Shown: positions 27,153 to 37,326, counted from the stretch's first letter. The stretch: 64,000 nucleotides of DNA from a virus (IMGVR_UViG_3300031227_011455:1188-65187), one strand, 5' to 3'. A program made the numbers and translations. Notes: generated by a model from the sequence alone, not told the origin.

Positions 27153-29644
27153 TAAGAACTCCAAAATCTGTAAAGTCTAAACATACAGTTATTCTTTTCT
27201 ATTATATTACCATACATATTAGGAATACCAACTTTTCTATTTCTCGAAATTAAGTCTGTATTTTTAATTCTTGGAAGAATTAAACCAATTCTTGAACTTA
27301 ATTCTAATCTAGAAATACCTCCAACATAACTTAAAAATTTATATTTTAATTCACTTAAAGAATATAAATATGGTTCGAAGTTACTATACATACAACCAAC
27401 AATCGAGGTATTTTCATGAAATAAATCTCCAGTTTGTACTTTAATTTTTAAATTTGGTTCTGTTAATTTTAGTTTATCGTATTTTTTATCTTCTGGATTA
27501 TAAATATCAAAATTTGAAATTAAATTATCATATCTTAATGTTCTATAATTTGAAGTCAAAACTAATGGAACAATATCATCAATAATAAAAGCCTTGATTT
27601 CGTTACAATCTTTCTTTGGAAAATCAGTTATACTTATAAATTTAGATTTAATTTTTGAACCAGTTTTTATGTCATTTATTTCTCTACAAACTTTTCTAAC
27701 TTTTATAAAATTATTTAAACCATTCTTAAATTCAACAAGAGGAAATAAAATAATATTTCCATCATCATCCAATAGATTAAGATAAAAACAATCATCATCA
27801 TATGAAAATTTAGAAATTGTTCTAATATTAAACATATCATTTGGATTTGTCCAATCAATAACAATAACTTCGTCGCCAATATTATAATTTATATCATTAA
27901 AATATGATTTAATTGAAAAAGATGTATTGTTTTTATCACAAATGTTCATGAAAAAGTTTTTACATACATCATAATCATATTGAAAAATATTAGAAGTATC
28001 ATAATTATTTTGTACTCCAAAACCATTATTTTTTATTATATAAACTATATTTTTATTTTTAACAATATTTACCTCTTCCTTGTGAGCATTTGTAAATATA
28101 TTTCTATTAGAAAAATATACTATTTCTTCTAATCCTATTGATTCATCTAAAATTTCTGATAATTGATAATTAGTATCATTTAATAAAATTTCTATATGTC
28201 TTTTATTTGCATCTTCAAATGTTAAATATATTTGCCCCCTTCTTACACGTTTGTTTATTAGAAAAACTTCATCTATAGTATAAATATTATAACTGCTAAT
28301 TCGATATGATAAAATATATTTTTTGTTTTCTATTATTTTTATTCCATTAAATTCTATATCATTTAATGATATAGCTATTTTATTTAAAAATATATTTTCA
28401 AGAAAATAATCTTTTCCAATTTTAAATTGATATGATCCATCTTTTAATTTAATAATTTTTTCTAGTTTTCTAATATCCTTTGAATTCTTAAAAAATAGTA
28501 TATCACCTGGAACAATTTTTGTTTCTTCATTAATATTGTATGATTTTTGCTCTATGATTTTAATAGTTGGAGGTATTTCTGCTTTTCCAAATTCATCAAA
28601 ATCAATAGTTGTTTTTTTATTTTCTTCATCTTCTAACTCAATTCCTGTTTTTCTTCCATTTGAACTCATTAGATATGAAGTTACATAGAATTTTTTATCA
28701 TCGATAATTATTTCATCACCAATAGAAACAATATCACCATTTGGTAAACTAATTGATTCTAATACATTTTTATTTCTTATTATCGTTCCAATATTTTTAA
28801 TATTTTTTACATAATCTACATCCATTAAATTAAATAAATTTGATATATTAAAATCATTATTAGAACCTAAATAATTTTGTTTATATTCTTCAATTACTTT
28901 ATATGGTGTTGCATTAATCATTGTATTCCATTCTGCTGAAAATATAAATAATGGATCAATTTTTGTATTATATGACCATGTAAAGAAATCACATAAAAAT
29001 GGATTAGTTTCATAATTCATACAATGATCATAATAATCATAATTAAAACTATTGAACCAGAACTGATTAATAACATTTTTAGCAGTTTCCAAAATAGTTA
29101 AATCACCTTCTGGATAACGTCCCAAACAAATATTAAGATCCCCATCTAAATTTGGTAAACATGGTTCTAATAGATAATCTTCTAAACTTGTTAATGGATG
29201 TAATCTAAAGAATACTCTCATACTAATTAAATTATTTGCTTTATTTAAATTCATTAAGTACACTATATATGGAAACGATAATGTAAATTTATAAGGTTTT
29301 TTCTTTAAATCAAATTTATCTAATTCATAAAGATCATATTTTCCTGTTAATTTATGTTTTTCAACTATATTTTTTAAATCACCATCAAATAATATAGTTC
29401 TTATTTGGGGTTCATCTTCTAAAATTATTGTTTTTGAAAAATCAGTATGAGTTGTAATAAATCTACAATTCTTTGGTAAAATTTCTGTTTGACAAGAAAA
29501 TGCTGTTTTAAATAAATTTAAAAAGTTAGAAGTATTCATCATTGTTTTTACTATAGTTGGTTCTGTATCCTTCGGATCATGATATGAAGATAATACATGT
29601 TTTGTATAAGTGTTATTTATCAGAATTTCGTCTATATTATACAT
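27152..29644 (-). CDS. Large protein with N-terminal prokaryotic E2 (family D/PRTRC-B-like) domain and long beta-rich C-terminus
   Basis: FPYIVY...FFR...LLEPCLPNLDGDLNICLG...FWFNSFN; adjacent to JAB, E1 and Ubl. Confidence 0.75.
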   Translation of the reverse strand: MYNIDEILINNTYTKHVLSSYHDPKDTEPTIVKTMMNTSNFLNLFKTAFSCQTEILPKNCRFITTHTDFSKTIILEDEPQIRTILFDGDLKNIVEKHKLTGKYDLYELDKFDLKKKPYKFTLSFPYIVYLMNLNKANNLISMRVFFRLHPLTSLEDYLLEPCLPNLDGDLNICLGRYPEGDLTILETAKNVINQFWFNSFNYDYYDHCMNYETNPFLCDFFTWSYNTKIDPLFIFSAEWNTMINATPYKVIEEYKQNYLGSNNDFNISNLFNLMDVDYVKNIKNIGTIIRNKNVLESISLPNGDIVSIGDEIIIDDKKFYVTSYLMSSNGRKTGIELEDEENKKTTIDFDEFGKAEIPPTIKIIEQKSYNINEETKIVPGDILFFKNSKDIRKLEKIIKLKDGSYQFKIGKDYFLENIFLNKIAISLNDIEFNGIKIIENKKYILSYRISSYNIYTIDEVFLINKRVRRGQIYLTFEDANKRHIEILLNDTNYQLSEILDESIGLEEIVYFSNRNIFTNAHKEEVNIVKNKNIVYIIKNNGFGVQNNYDTSNIFQYDYDVCKNFFMNICDKNNTSFSIKSYFNDINYNIGDEVIVIDWTNPNDMFNIRTISKFSYDDDCFYLNLLDDDGNIILFPLVEFKNGLNNFIKVRKVCREINDIKTGSKIKSKFISITDFPKKDCNEIKAFIIDDIVPLVLTSNYRTLRYDNLISNFDIYNPEDKKYDKLKLTEPNLKIKVQTGDLFHENTSIVGCMYSNFEPYLYSLSELKYKFLSYVGGISRLELSSRIGLILPRIKNTDLISRNRKVGIPNMYGNIIEKNNCMFRLYRFWSS

Positions 29645-29649
29645 ATTAA

Positions 29650-30003
29650 TTATTCTCCTCTTACGTATTTTAAAATTTCAGCAAAATATTTAATTATTTT
29701 TTCAGGTTTATTATTATCTAACACTCCCCAAGTTTTAACTCTTTTTAAATTAATACCAATTTCCCATGCAGAAACTATATATTCTTCTTTAAATTCTCTT
29801 TCGAGACATAAATAACATATTTTATATGAATTACTCTCATATTCAACTGCAAGAAATATATTTGGTCCTTTTGGTATAGCATCTTGATTTTGATTTTTAG
29901 ATTTAGGTGATTCTTCTTCCATAATTTTATCACAAATTATTTTTACTTGTTCATCAAATTCTGAATTTTTAATTTCTTCTAATAAATCACTTAAAATTGA
30001 CAT
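29650..30003 (-). CDS. Hypothetical protein
   Basis: 117 aa; GAGG SD; CYLC. Confidence 0.7.
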   Translation of the reverse strand: MSILSDLLEEIKNSEFDEQVKIICDKIMEEESPKSKNQNQDAIPKGPNIFLAVEYESNSYKICYLCLEREFKEEYIVSAWEIGINLKRVKTWGVLDNNKPEKIIKYFAEILKYVRGE

Positions 30004-30019
30004 TAATTATTACCTCTAA

Positions 30020-30337
30020 TCATTTTATTTTTCGTAATTTAAAAACTTTTTTATTAGATGGTGTAACTAGAAATTCTAATTTATTAAATGGAACAGTTCT
30101 CCAATCTTGTTTTTCTGTATCAAATACACTAAGCATTTTAATTTTTTGTATTTTTGCAAGAATTTTTGGCAGATCAATTCCTTTTGGTCTTTTCTCTTTT
30201 GGAATTTTTTCAAAATCTAATGTACATTTCATAGATCTTCTATTGCCATCTTTTTTAATAAATTGAATAGATACTTCCTTTTCAGATCTTATTAACTTTA
30301 AAAATTGTATTACATTTGTTAATTCTTCTTCTGCCAT
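30020..30337 (-). CDS. WYL_2 / Sm-like SH3 beta-barrel protein
   Basis: FIKKDGNRRSMKCTL...VFDTEKQDWRT. Confidence 0.75.
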   Translation of the reverse strand: MAEEELTNVIQFLKLIRSEKEVSIQFIKKDGNRRSMKCTLDFEKIPKEKRPKGIDLPKILAKIQKIKMLSVFDTEKQDWRTVPFNKLEFLVTPSNKKVFKLRKIK

Positions 30338-30354
30338 TTTATACCTCTATATAG

Positions 30355-30696
30355 TTACCAAGTTTTATATTTAAAAACTCTTTTTGGATAAATTGGATCT
30401 CTATAATTTCCTTTTGATAATACATCTTCAATCCATCTAATTCCAGCAGATAATCTAGGCACAGAAAATTTTCCAATATCATCATTATGAACAGAAAAGA
30501 ATACATCATTTCTTCCACCAGTTTCTGGATCGTCTTTGTCAGGAAATGTTTTTATTTCTTCTAAATATTGTATCCTTACATCAAATGTATCTTTCATGAA
30601 ATTTTTAAATTCTTCAATTTTATCTTGTCCAATTAATGTTGCTGGCCAAATACAAACTTGATTAAATTCCTTTTCTCTTTCTATATTTTTATCCAT
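30355..30696 (-). CDS. Conserved phage hypothetical protein
   Basis: GGRNDVFF...GIRWIED. Confidence 0.7.
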   Translation of the reverse strand: MDKNIEREKEFNQVCIWPATLIGQDKIEEFKNFMKDTFDVRIQYLEEIKTFPDKDDPETGGRNDVFFSVHNDDIGKFSVPRLSAGIRWIEDVLSKGNYRDPIYPKRVFKYKTW

Positions 30697-31720
30697 GTCT
30701 TATCTCCGAATGTATTAAATTATCTGAACTATCTTCATCTTTTGACAAAAGTTCACTCATCATATAACAACTGTGATTACATCCCCTGCAATAATTCTTT
30801 TTATCATGACTTATTGAATCTTTTAAATGTTTATTTAAATTTCCATCTTCGTCTAGAATATTTTTTAGATTAAAAAGAAATGGTGTAGAAACTCCGCGAC
30901 AACGTAAACAAAGTCGCACGCTTCCATCCGCATCAACACATAAGTTATGAAAATCTTCATCTAATTTACAATCATATTCACTTGGGAGAATATTATATAT
31001 TCTTGGTAATAACGTATCTCTCATATGAACATTTAATTTTTCATCTATAATTCTATTAAATGTCTCTCTTAAAAATGCAGATTTTCTTACAAGAATAGAT
31101 TCATCTTCAACATTTGAAAAATCATAATATGGATTTTTTGAAATGTCTACAAATGTTATATCACTATTTATTCCCTTATCTGTAAGATCTCTTACTAACA
31201 AATAAAGATATTTTAAATTATCATTTGTAACAGTTATTTCAGCTACAGCATCTTTTATCACACTTGAATATTCTTGTAATTTTTTAAGACCAACAATACT
31301 TTTTTTATAAATATCTCCTTTTTTATTCTGGTAAATAATTGGATCAATAGAAGCTGTAAATCCTTCTATATAAGAAACTTTTTTAAATAATTCAATCATT
31401 TTTTCTTGGCTAATTTTAGAATTATTACTAATAATTGTATAATGAATATCATTATCATTACAATAATTAATAATTTTATAAAGGTCTGATCTTATTAAAG
31501 GTTCTCCGCCATAAAATATATGGAAGCAATTTTTGTTGTGGATTTTTAATTTTTTTAACCCTGATATTATTACATCTGTTGTCATTTCATTTTTTGCATA
31601 ATATGACATATCAGGATATTCTTTTGGTTTTGTTGGGTAATTTTTAACAATTCTACAATATTCACAATTAAGATCACATCTTCTTGTTAATAACCAATTA
31701 ACTATTTGAATTTTATTCAT
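30689..31720 (-). CDS. Radical SAM protein with C-terminal Cys cluster (SPASM/twitch-like)
   Basis: CDLNCEYC, GGEP, DGSVRLC, CRGCNHSC. Confidence 0.88.
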   Translation of the reverse strand: MNKIQIVNWLLTRRCDLNCEYCRIVKNYPTKPKEYPDMSYYAKNEMTTDVIISGLKKLKIHNKNCFHIFYGGEPLIRSDLYKIINYCNDNDIHYTIISNNSKISQEKMIELFKKVSYIEGFTASIDPIIYQNKKGDIYKKSIVGLKKLQEYSSVIKDAVAEITVTNDNLKYLYLLVRDLTDKGINSDITFVDISKNPYYDFSNVEDESILVRKSAFLRETFNRIIDEKLNVHMRDTLLPRIYNILPSEYDCKLDEDFHNLCVDADGSVRLCLRCRGVSTPFLFNLKNILDEDGNLNKHLKDSISHDKKNYCRGCNHSCYMMSELLSKDEDSSDNLIHSEIRHG

Positions 31721-32015
31721 TAAATATATCTCCGTTTATTGTTCCTTTTATATTATCTACAGAAAATCTATTTTCAATTACATTAAATAAAAAACTATTT
31801 AATTTATCTTTGAATTTTTCATAATCTTTTAATTGTAGTTGTTCTGAAAAATCCTTTTCCATTTCTGCTTCATCATCCCAGTTTAAATCTGAATTTAAGA
31901 TTTGTCCATTTTTAAGAGTTATGCTTATATTTCCAGAAATACCTCCATGAATTGTTGGTTGTTTATCTATATGAAACCCTATATTTAAATTATACATAAT
32001 ATTATCAATTTTCAT
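31713..32015 (-). CDS. Hypothetical protein
   Basis: 100 aa ORF in operon. Confidence 0.65.
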   Translation of the reverse strand: MKIDNIMYNLNIGFHIDKQPTIHGGISGNISITLKNGQILNSDLNWDDEAEMEKDFSEQLQLKDYEKFKDKLNSFLFNVIENRFSVDNIKGTINGDIFNE

Positions 32016-32017
32016 TT

Positions 32018-32326
32018 TTAAACCAACCTAATATCATCTTTTTTTGGAATAGTTACAATATTTGATACAAGACTCTGATACATTTCTAAAAGATCTTTAT
32101 CTGGAGTAGAAGGATACGCAAAGATATGTTTTGGATTTATTTGAATTTCTTCATCTGACGAATCCATAAATCTAATTGGAATTGTAGTTATTGATCCTTC
32201 TTCTATTTCAATGTCTGTTAATCCATATGCTCCAGAAATAAAAATAGTTCCGTCATCTTTATTTTTTCTTATTTTTGCAATAATTTTTTGTCCATAACAA
32301 GTAATAAATATTTTTATATCATTCAT
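32018..32326 (-). CDS. Small Sm-like fold phage protein
   Basis: GQKIIAK...EIQINPKHI...P...LLEMY pattern. Confidence 0.5.
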   Translation of the reverse strand: MNDIKIFITCYGQKIIAKIRKNKDDGTIFISGAYGLTDIEIEEGSITTIPIRFMDSSDEEIQINPKHIFAYPSTPDKDLLEMYQSLVSNIVTIPKKDDIRLV

Positions 32327-32662
32327 TTAAATCCCCAATTCATTAATGTGAATTCTAAAACTATAACTAATTCCAAAATTTTGATGTATATGATAATTCA
32401 TATTTTTAAGAATTTTTATATCTAAAACTCTCATACCGATTTCTGTATTATGATCCAATATTCTTTCTATACATTTTCTTTTTATATATAAAATAGATGA
32501 TTCTCTTAATGGAAATTTTGCTTTTGATTTTGTCATTTTATAACAATTTGATTTATTTAAATACCATTTATAACTTGAAATACCATTTTTTAATTTATCT
32601 TTAAATCTTGTTTTTCCAAATAATTCTGTTAAACCTTTTCTGATTTCTTTTTTATTCAACAT
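32327..32662 (-). CDS. Basic hypothetical protein
   Basis: Paralogous to the upstream neighbour (KEIRK.L; NG.S.KWYL). Confidence 0.65.
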   Translation of the reverse strand: MLNKKEIRKGLTELFGKTRFKDKLKNGISSYKWYLNKSNCYKMTKSKAKFPLRESSILYIKRKCIERILDHNTEIGMRVLDIKILKNMNYHIHQNFGISYSFRIHINELGI

Positions 32663-32665
32663 TGA

Positions 32666-32998
32666 TTAATATCCTATTGTTATTGGTAATTGTCTAACTA
32701 AAATTCTAACAACATTATTCTCTAGATGATTTCTCCCATACATTGCCTCTATTCTTCTACTTATTCTAGGTGATTGGTTATGAAATGTTTTAAGTTCAAA
32801 TATAAGTGTTGGATATTTTCTTAAAATTTCACAATAATAACTTCTATAAAAAGATGTCATACTATTTTCTATATTACTTAAATACCACTTAAAACTAACA
32901 CCATTTTTTATATGATCTGTATAACTAGGTTGTTCTAATAAAATAACCAAATCTTTTCTAATTTCTTTCTGTTGCTTTAAATCTAGTTGCTCTTCTAT
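32666..32998 (-). CDS. Hypothetical protein, paralog of 32327-32662, possible ATA start
   Basis: Frame open from an ATA at 32998 after a GAGGA SD; the ORF track starts it at TTG 32950. Confidence 0.55.
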   Translation of the reverse strand: MEEQLDLKQQKEIRKDLVILLEQPSYTDHIKNGVSFKWYLSNIENSMTSFYRSYYCEILRKYPTLIFELKTFHNQSPRISRRIEAMYGRNHLENNVVRILVRQLPITIGY

Positions 32999-33007
32999 AA
33001 TTCCTCT

Positions 33008-35218
33008 TTAGAATAATCTAATAACCTCATCTGTCTCAATAGAATCAATATGTCTATGAGATATGATGTTAATAGATTTTCCTTTTATCATTGATCTTAG
33101 CAAAGATGAAACATATGCTATATTTTCATCATCTAAGCTATCAAACACCTCATCTAATAATAAGATATTTGTTTTCATATTTTGAACTTCATTTTGTAGA
33201 TCGCAAAGAGATAATAAAATTGCAATATCAATAATTCTTGTTTGTCCTCCAGATAATTGCTTCCTATTATCTGCTTTTGTTTTAGTATCCAAAACATTAA
33301 CATTTATTTTATCTCTATATTCTCCTGATTTTGTAGTTGATAGTGTGTCAAAACTTACAATATATCTATTTCCAATCATTTCTAAATAACTTGAGACTGA
33401 AGAATTTAAAAATGGAATAGATTCATCAATTAATAAAGATGGAATACCAGATGACGAAAATCCTTGTTTCCAAAAATTTAATATCTCTAAAATTTCTATT
33501 ATTTTATTTTTCTCTTCTACAAAACATTCTTTTTCTTTTTCTAAAATATCTTTTTTATTTATGTAATTTTCTAATATATCATTGTTAAATTCTTCATTTT
33601 CTTTTTGTGAAATTGAATTTTCACTACTTGTAATATTAATTTTAATTTCTTGCATCTTATCATCAATTGACTTCTTCTCATCTAGAAGTTTAATTAATTT
33701 ATCTTTTTTGATGATTAGATTATTTATCTTATCTGTATATGTATTTTTCTTTAAAGAAAATTCTTTTTCTATACCAGATTTTTTATTTTCAAATGTATCA
33801 TTTAATATCTTAATTGCATTGTCTAACTTTTGTTTTGTTTCTTTTAAATTTTTATTAAACTCTTCCTCAAATGTAGAGATTGATAAATCTATTTCCGATT
33901 TTGATTTCTTTATCAAATTTTCAACTTCTTCTAATTTTTTATATGCTTCTTTTATAGTAGTATTATGCTTTATATTATCTAAATTTAAGGTTTCATTTGA
34001 ATTTACTAAATTATTTAATTCATTAAGTAAATGGTTTTTTACAGAATCATCTGTTAATTTTTTACCACATGTTGGACATACAGATTCTGATTTATTTAAA
34101 GATGTCTCTAATTTTAAAATTTCTGGTATATTTTTTTCAAATTGTTTATTATTAATTGTGATAGCTTTGTTATGATCAGATTTAACATTTGATAATTCAT
34201 TAATAATTATTTGCATTTCAGATTTATATTCTTGAAAATCACTATTTACTTTAGAAATTGATTCTATATTCTTAAGTCTTTTTTCAGATATAAAATTTGA
34301 AAATTTTGAATTAAATTCTGATTCTTTTAAAGATCTTGAATCCACCAATGACTTTAATAAATTATTTTGATCCGATATAATATTATTTATCTCATTCTGA
34401 ATTATTGATATTTCTTGAGATAGTTCGATCATGGTATTATCATTGATATCTTTATATAAATTTCGTTTCTCACTTAACTCTCTTAATTCAATATTTAAAT
34501 TAGTAATTAAGCGAGTTAACTCCGCAATTTCCTGTCTTTTTTCATCTTCATGTTTTTTTATTTTATCATGAAGTAATAATATCTGAGAATTTGCATCAAT
34601 TAATAAACTTGAATTTAATGATACGCTTTTTTCTAATTCATCTAAATTAAATTTTAATATTTTAATTCTCTTTGTAGTTTCATCATAAAATAATACATAA
34701 TCATCAAGTTGTAGAACTTTTCTAAAAATATCTTTTTTTTCAGACTCAGTTAAATCAGTGAAAAAATCTTTAACCTTTTGACCAAATAATAAAGTATTAT
34801 TAAATAATTTTTGAGGGATTAATAATTTTTCAATTTCAGGAAGGACTTCCTTTTGACCTTTTTTGTATGGTTTTAATTCACCATTTTTAAATAACAAAAC
34901 TGTATCGCCAAATTTTGAATGATTAATATATCTATCAACTCTATAACTATTAACTATTTCTGGTTCTTCTATTGATGTAAATTCAACAAAGGTATGACAG
35001 TTTTTTCCTGTTTCATTATTTACTAGTTCATCTGATCTTATACCTTTTGTTCCGCTTCCAAATATAGTTACTGGTAGACACTCAAATATAGTTGACTTTC
35101 CAGCTCCATTTGGACCAGTGATCATAATAATTTTATCATCTTGAAATTCATATTCCATTAATTCCGTATAACATGCAAAATTTTCCATTCCAACTTTTTT
35201 AAAATTAATATCTTTCAT
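33008..35218 (-). CDS. sbcC: SbcC/Rad50 (gp46-like) ATPase
   Basis: GPNGAGKS, coiled coils, CPTC hook, LSGGQ, LLLDE, ISH. Confidence 0.93.
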   Translation of the reverse strand: MKDINFKKVGMENFACYTELMEYEFQDDKIIMITGPNGAGKSTIFECLPVTIFGSGTKGIRSDELVNNETGKNCHTFVEFTSIEEPEIVNSYRVDRYINHSKFGDTVLLFKNGELKPYKKGQKEVLPEIEKLLIPQKLFNNTLLFGQKVKDFFTDLTESEKKDIFRKVLQLDDYVLFYDETTKRIKILKFNLDELEKSVSLNSSLLIDANSQILLLHDKIKKHEDEKRQEIAELTRLITNLNIELRELSEKRNLYKDINDNTMIELSQEISIIQNEINNIISDQNNLLKSLVDSRSLKESEFNSKFSNFISEKRLKNIESISKVNSDFQEYKSEMQIIINELSNVKSDHNKAITINNKQFEKNIPEILKLETSLNKSESVCPTCGKKLTDDSVKNHLLNELNNLVNSNETLNLDNIKHNTTIKEAYKKLEEVENLIKKSKSEIDLSISTFEEEFNKNLKETKQKLDNAIKILNDTFENKKSGIEKEFSLKKNTYTDKINNLIIKKDKLIKLLDEKKSIDDKMQEIKINITSSENSISQKENEEFNNDILENYINKKDILEKEKECFVEEKNKIIEILEILNFWKQGFSSSGIPSLLIDESIPFLNSSVSSYLEMIGNRYIVSFDTLSTTKSGEYRDKINVNVLDTKTKADNRKQLSGGQTRIIDIAILLSLCDLQNEVQNMKTNILLLDEVFDSLDDENIAYVSSLLRSMIKGKSINIISHRHIDSIETDEVIRLF

Positions 35219-35229
35219 TTTTCACCTTA

Positions 35230-35529
35230 TTACCATGAAACTCTTATTAAATAATTTCCTTCTTCAATTTTTTCTCTTTTACAAAGTTCTTGTAATATTA
35301 AATGAGCACTTAACTTATCTTTATATCCATTAATAAATTCTATAATATTTTCCTTTTCAAAATCAAATAGACCTTCATCTTTTTTAACATTCATATATAA
35401 TTTTTCTACATCATTATTTACTTCTTCACAATTAGGAAAAGAATAACTATCTTCGCCGTCAAAGAAATTGTCATTTACTAATTTTTCAAGTTCATAATAT
35501 TCCATTAAATTAACTTCAATTGTTTTCAT
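35230..35529 (-). CDS. Hypothetical phage protein
   Basis: 99 aa ending GNYLIRVSW. Confidence 0.7.
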   Translation of the reverse strand: MKTIEVNLMEYYELEKLVNDNFFDGEDSYSFPNCEEVNNDVEKLYMNVKKDEGLFDFEKENIIEFINGYKDKLSAHLILQELCKREKIEEGNYLIRVSW

Positions 35530-35723
35530 TAATCATCCTCCTCTTCTATTCCTGATAGGTCTATTTTATGAGGTCCTCTTGTAACTTCACATATGATTTC
35601 TTTTTCTAAAGCATAAAATACAAATTTTTCTGGTTTATTTTTAACTCTTGGATCATTATGTATTTCATTTCTCCAAACTCTTAACTTATGTTCTTCTTGA
35701 TCGTCAATAATAAAAGTAATCAT
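35529..35723 (-). CDS. Hypothetical protein
   Basis: 64 aa, overlapping start/stop. Confidence 0.6.
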   Translation of the reverse strand: MITFIIDDQEEHKLRVWRNEIHNDPRVKNKPEKFVFYALEKEIICEVTRGPHKIDLSGIEEEDD

Positions 35724-36721
35724 GATAAAGATGACTCCATAATTTCCAATGCTATATTTTTATATTTATCTCTTTTATCTTGAGGTATTTCTTTTATTTC
35801 TAAAAATCTATCTAATTTATCTGATCTGGTCATTGTTGACGTTATCCCTCTATTGGTAATATCTTTCTCTTGTTTGTCGATTATTTCAAAATCATTCTTA
35901 TATTCTGATAAATCTAAATCATCTGTTTTAATTAATTTAATTGTATTATTTCCTGTTTTTAAATCTCTTACTTTACTTAAAATTTCATCTTTATTATCTT
36001 TTGTTATATTAAATTCTAAATATTTTTTATATCCAGTTGTTGGTATATATTTTTCTTCTCCGGTTTTTGAATTAAAAACAACAAATCTTTTTTCTTGATT
36101 TTTATCATTCCAATCTAAATGAGTTGATGATCCAATATATACAACATTTCCAACTTCTTGAGGTATATGATAATGACCAAAATAAGCTTTTTTATATTGT
36201 TTTAAATCTTTTAAACCTATATCAGATACAAGAGATATGCCACTATTCAAAACACCTTCATTTAATCCTAAATGTGCCATTAAATATTCTGATTTTCCAT
36301 GTTTTATATCATCTATCATATTTTTAGGATTCCAAGGAACAAACAACATGTTTTCTATCATTGTTGTTTTATGAATAGTTGTTACATTAGATTCATTATC
36401 TAAACATTTTGTTGCTGGAACACCATTACCTGTAAGATCTGACATATCATGATTACCATCTAGTATAATCCAATCAATATTTTTTGAATCTCTAATTATA
36501 TCTAATAATACAGATTGTCCAGTTGCATGAATTAGGTTTTTATTATGAAAAACATCTCCAAGAATAGTTATAACATAAATTAAGTTATTTAAACAATATG
36601 AAATTACATCATATAATGCATTATTTAAACCATCTAATCTTTCAGTTAAACCAGATTTAGAAATAACTTTATCATTACTATATGATGAAAAATGTAAATC
36701 TGCTATCATTGCTATTTTCAT
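35720..36721 (-). CDS. sbcD: SbcD/Mre11 (gp47-like) metallophosphoesterase nuclease
   Basis: ADLH, GDVFH, GNHD, AH, GHYH motifs. Confidence 0.92.
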   Translation of the reverse strand: MKIAMIADLHFSSYSNDKVISKSGLTERLDGLNNALYDVISYCLNNLIYVITILGDVFHNKNLIHATGQSVLLDIIRDSKNIDWIILDGNHDMSDLTGNGVPATKCLDNESNVTTIHKTTMIENMLFVPWNPKNMIDDIKHGKSEYLMAHLGLNEGVLNSGISLVSDIGLKDLKQYKKAYFGHYHIPQEVGNVVYIGSSTHLDWNDKNQEKRFVVFNSKTGEEKYIPTTGYKKYLEFNITKDNKDEILSKVRDLKTGNNTIKLIKTDDLDLSEYKNDFEIIDKQEKDITNRGITSTMTRSDKLDRFLEIKEIPQDKRDKYKNIALEIMESSLS

Positions 36722-36951
36722 TTATTATTATCTCCAACATATTCAACTTCAATGTCTTTTCCTTCATGATTTTCTAAAAATTTTTCAGAACATTTTAATT
36801 CCAAAATATTTGGAATAGTGCAACAACCAGCAGCATAACAAGATAAATTATATGAATAACCAAAGGGATGATATATAACTTTTGTAATTTTTAATCTATG
36901 ACCTAGAAAATAAACTAAATAATTTTTTTTATACTTTGATTTTGTTTCCAT
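36718..36951 (-). CDS. Hypothetical protein
   Basis: 77 aa ORF in operon. Confidence 0.6.
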   Translation of the reverse strand: METKSKYKKNYLVYFLGHRLKITKVIYHPFGYSYNLSCYAAGCCTIPNILELKCSEKFLENHEGKDIEVEYVGDNNK

Positions 36952-36954
36952 TTA

Positions 36955-37326
36955 TCAACTCATCCTTGTAGTCGAAAATATTTTAATATCTTCCTTAGAA
37001 ATATTAAATAAATCTGAAATTATTTTAATTTCTTTAACCATCTTATTATAATCTATTTCTATACATTCATCACATTCATCAATATCAAATGTTTTTCCAA
37101 TTAAAATTTCATCTTCACTATTTAATCCACATTCCGTTCCATACATAAAAGATAATCCATTTTTGTTTATTATTATCCTTAGATCATCTATATTTTTAAT
37201 ATCTTCTTCAAAAATTCTTAATCCATTCTCTACTATAGATTTTAAATCTTCCCAATCCATTTTAAAACCAATTAGAATATAAGATGTTGATGAACTATTT
37301 GTTACAAAATCACTTTTTATTTTCAT
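36955..37326 (-). CDS. MKIKxDFVTNSSS-leader family protein
   Basis: N-terminus MKIKSDFVTNSSSTSY. Confidence 0.75.
   Translation of the reverse strand: MKIKSDFVTNSSSTSYILIGFKMDWEDLKSIVENGLRIFEEDIKNIDDLRIIINKNGLSFMYGTECGLNSEDEILIGKTFDIDECDECIEIDYNKMVKEIKIISDLFNISKEDIKIFSTTRMS

Noticed and set aside
30689-31720. Radical SAM as QueE
   Set aside because: It is longer than QueE, has an extra C-terminal Cys cluster and lacks the QueE N-terminal QGEG motif.
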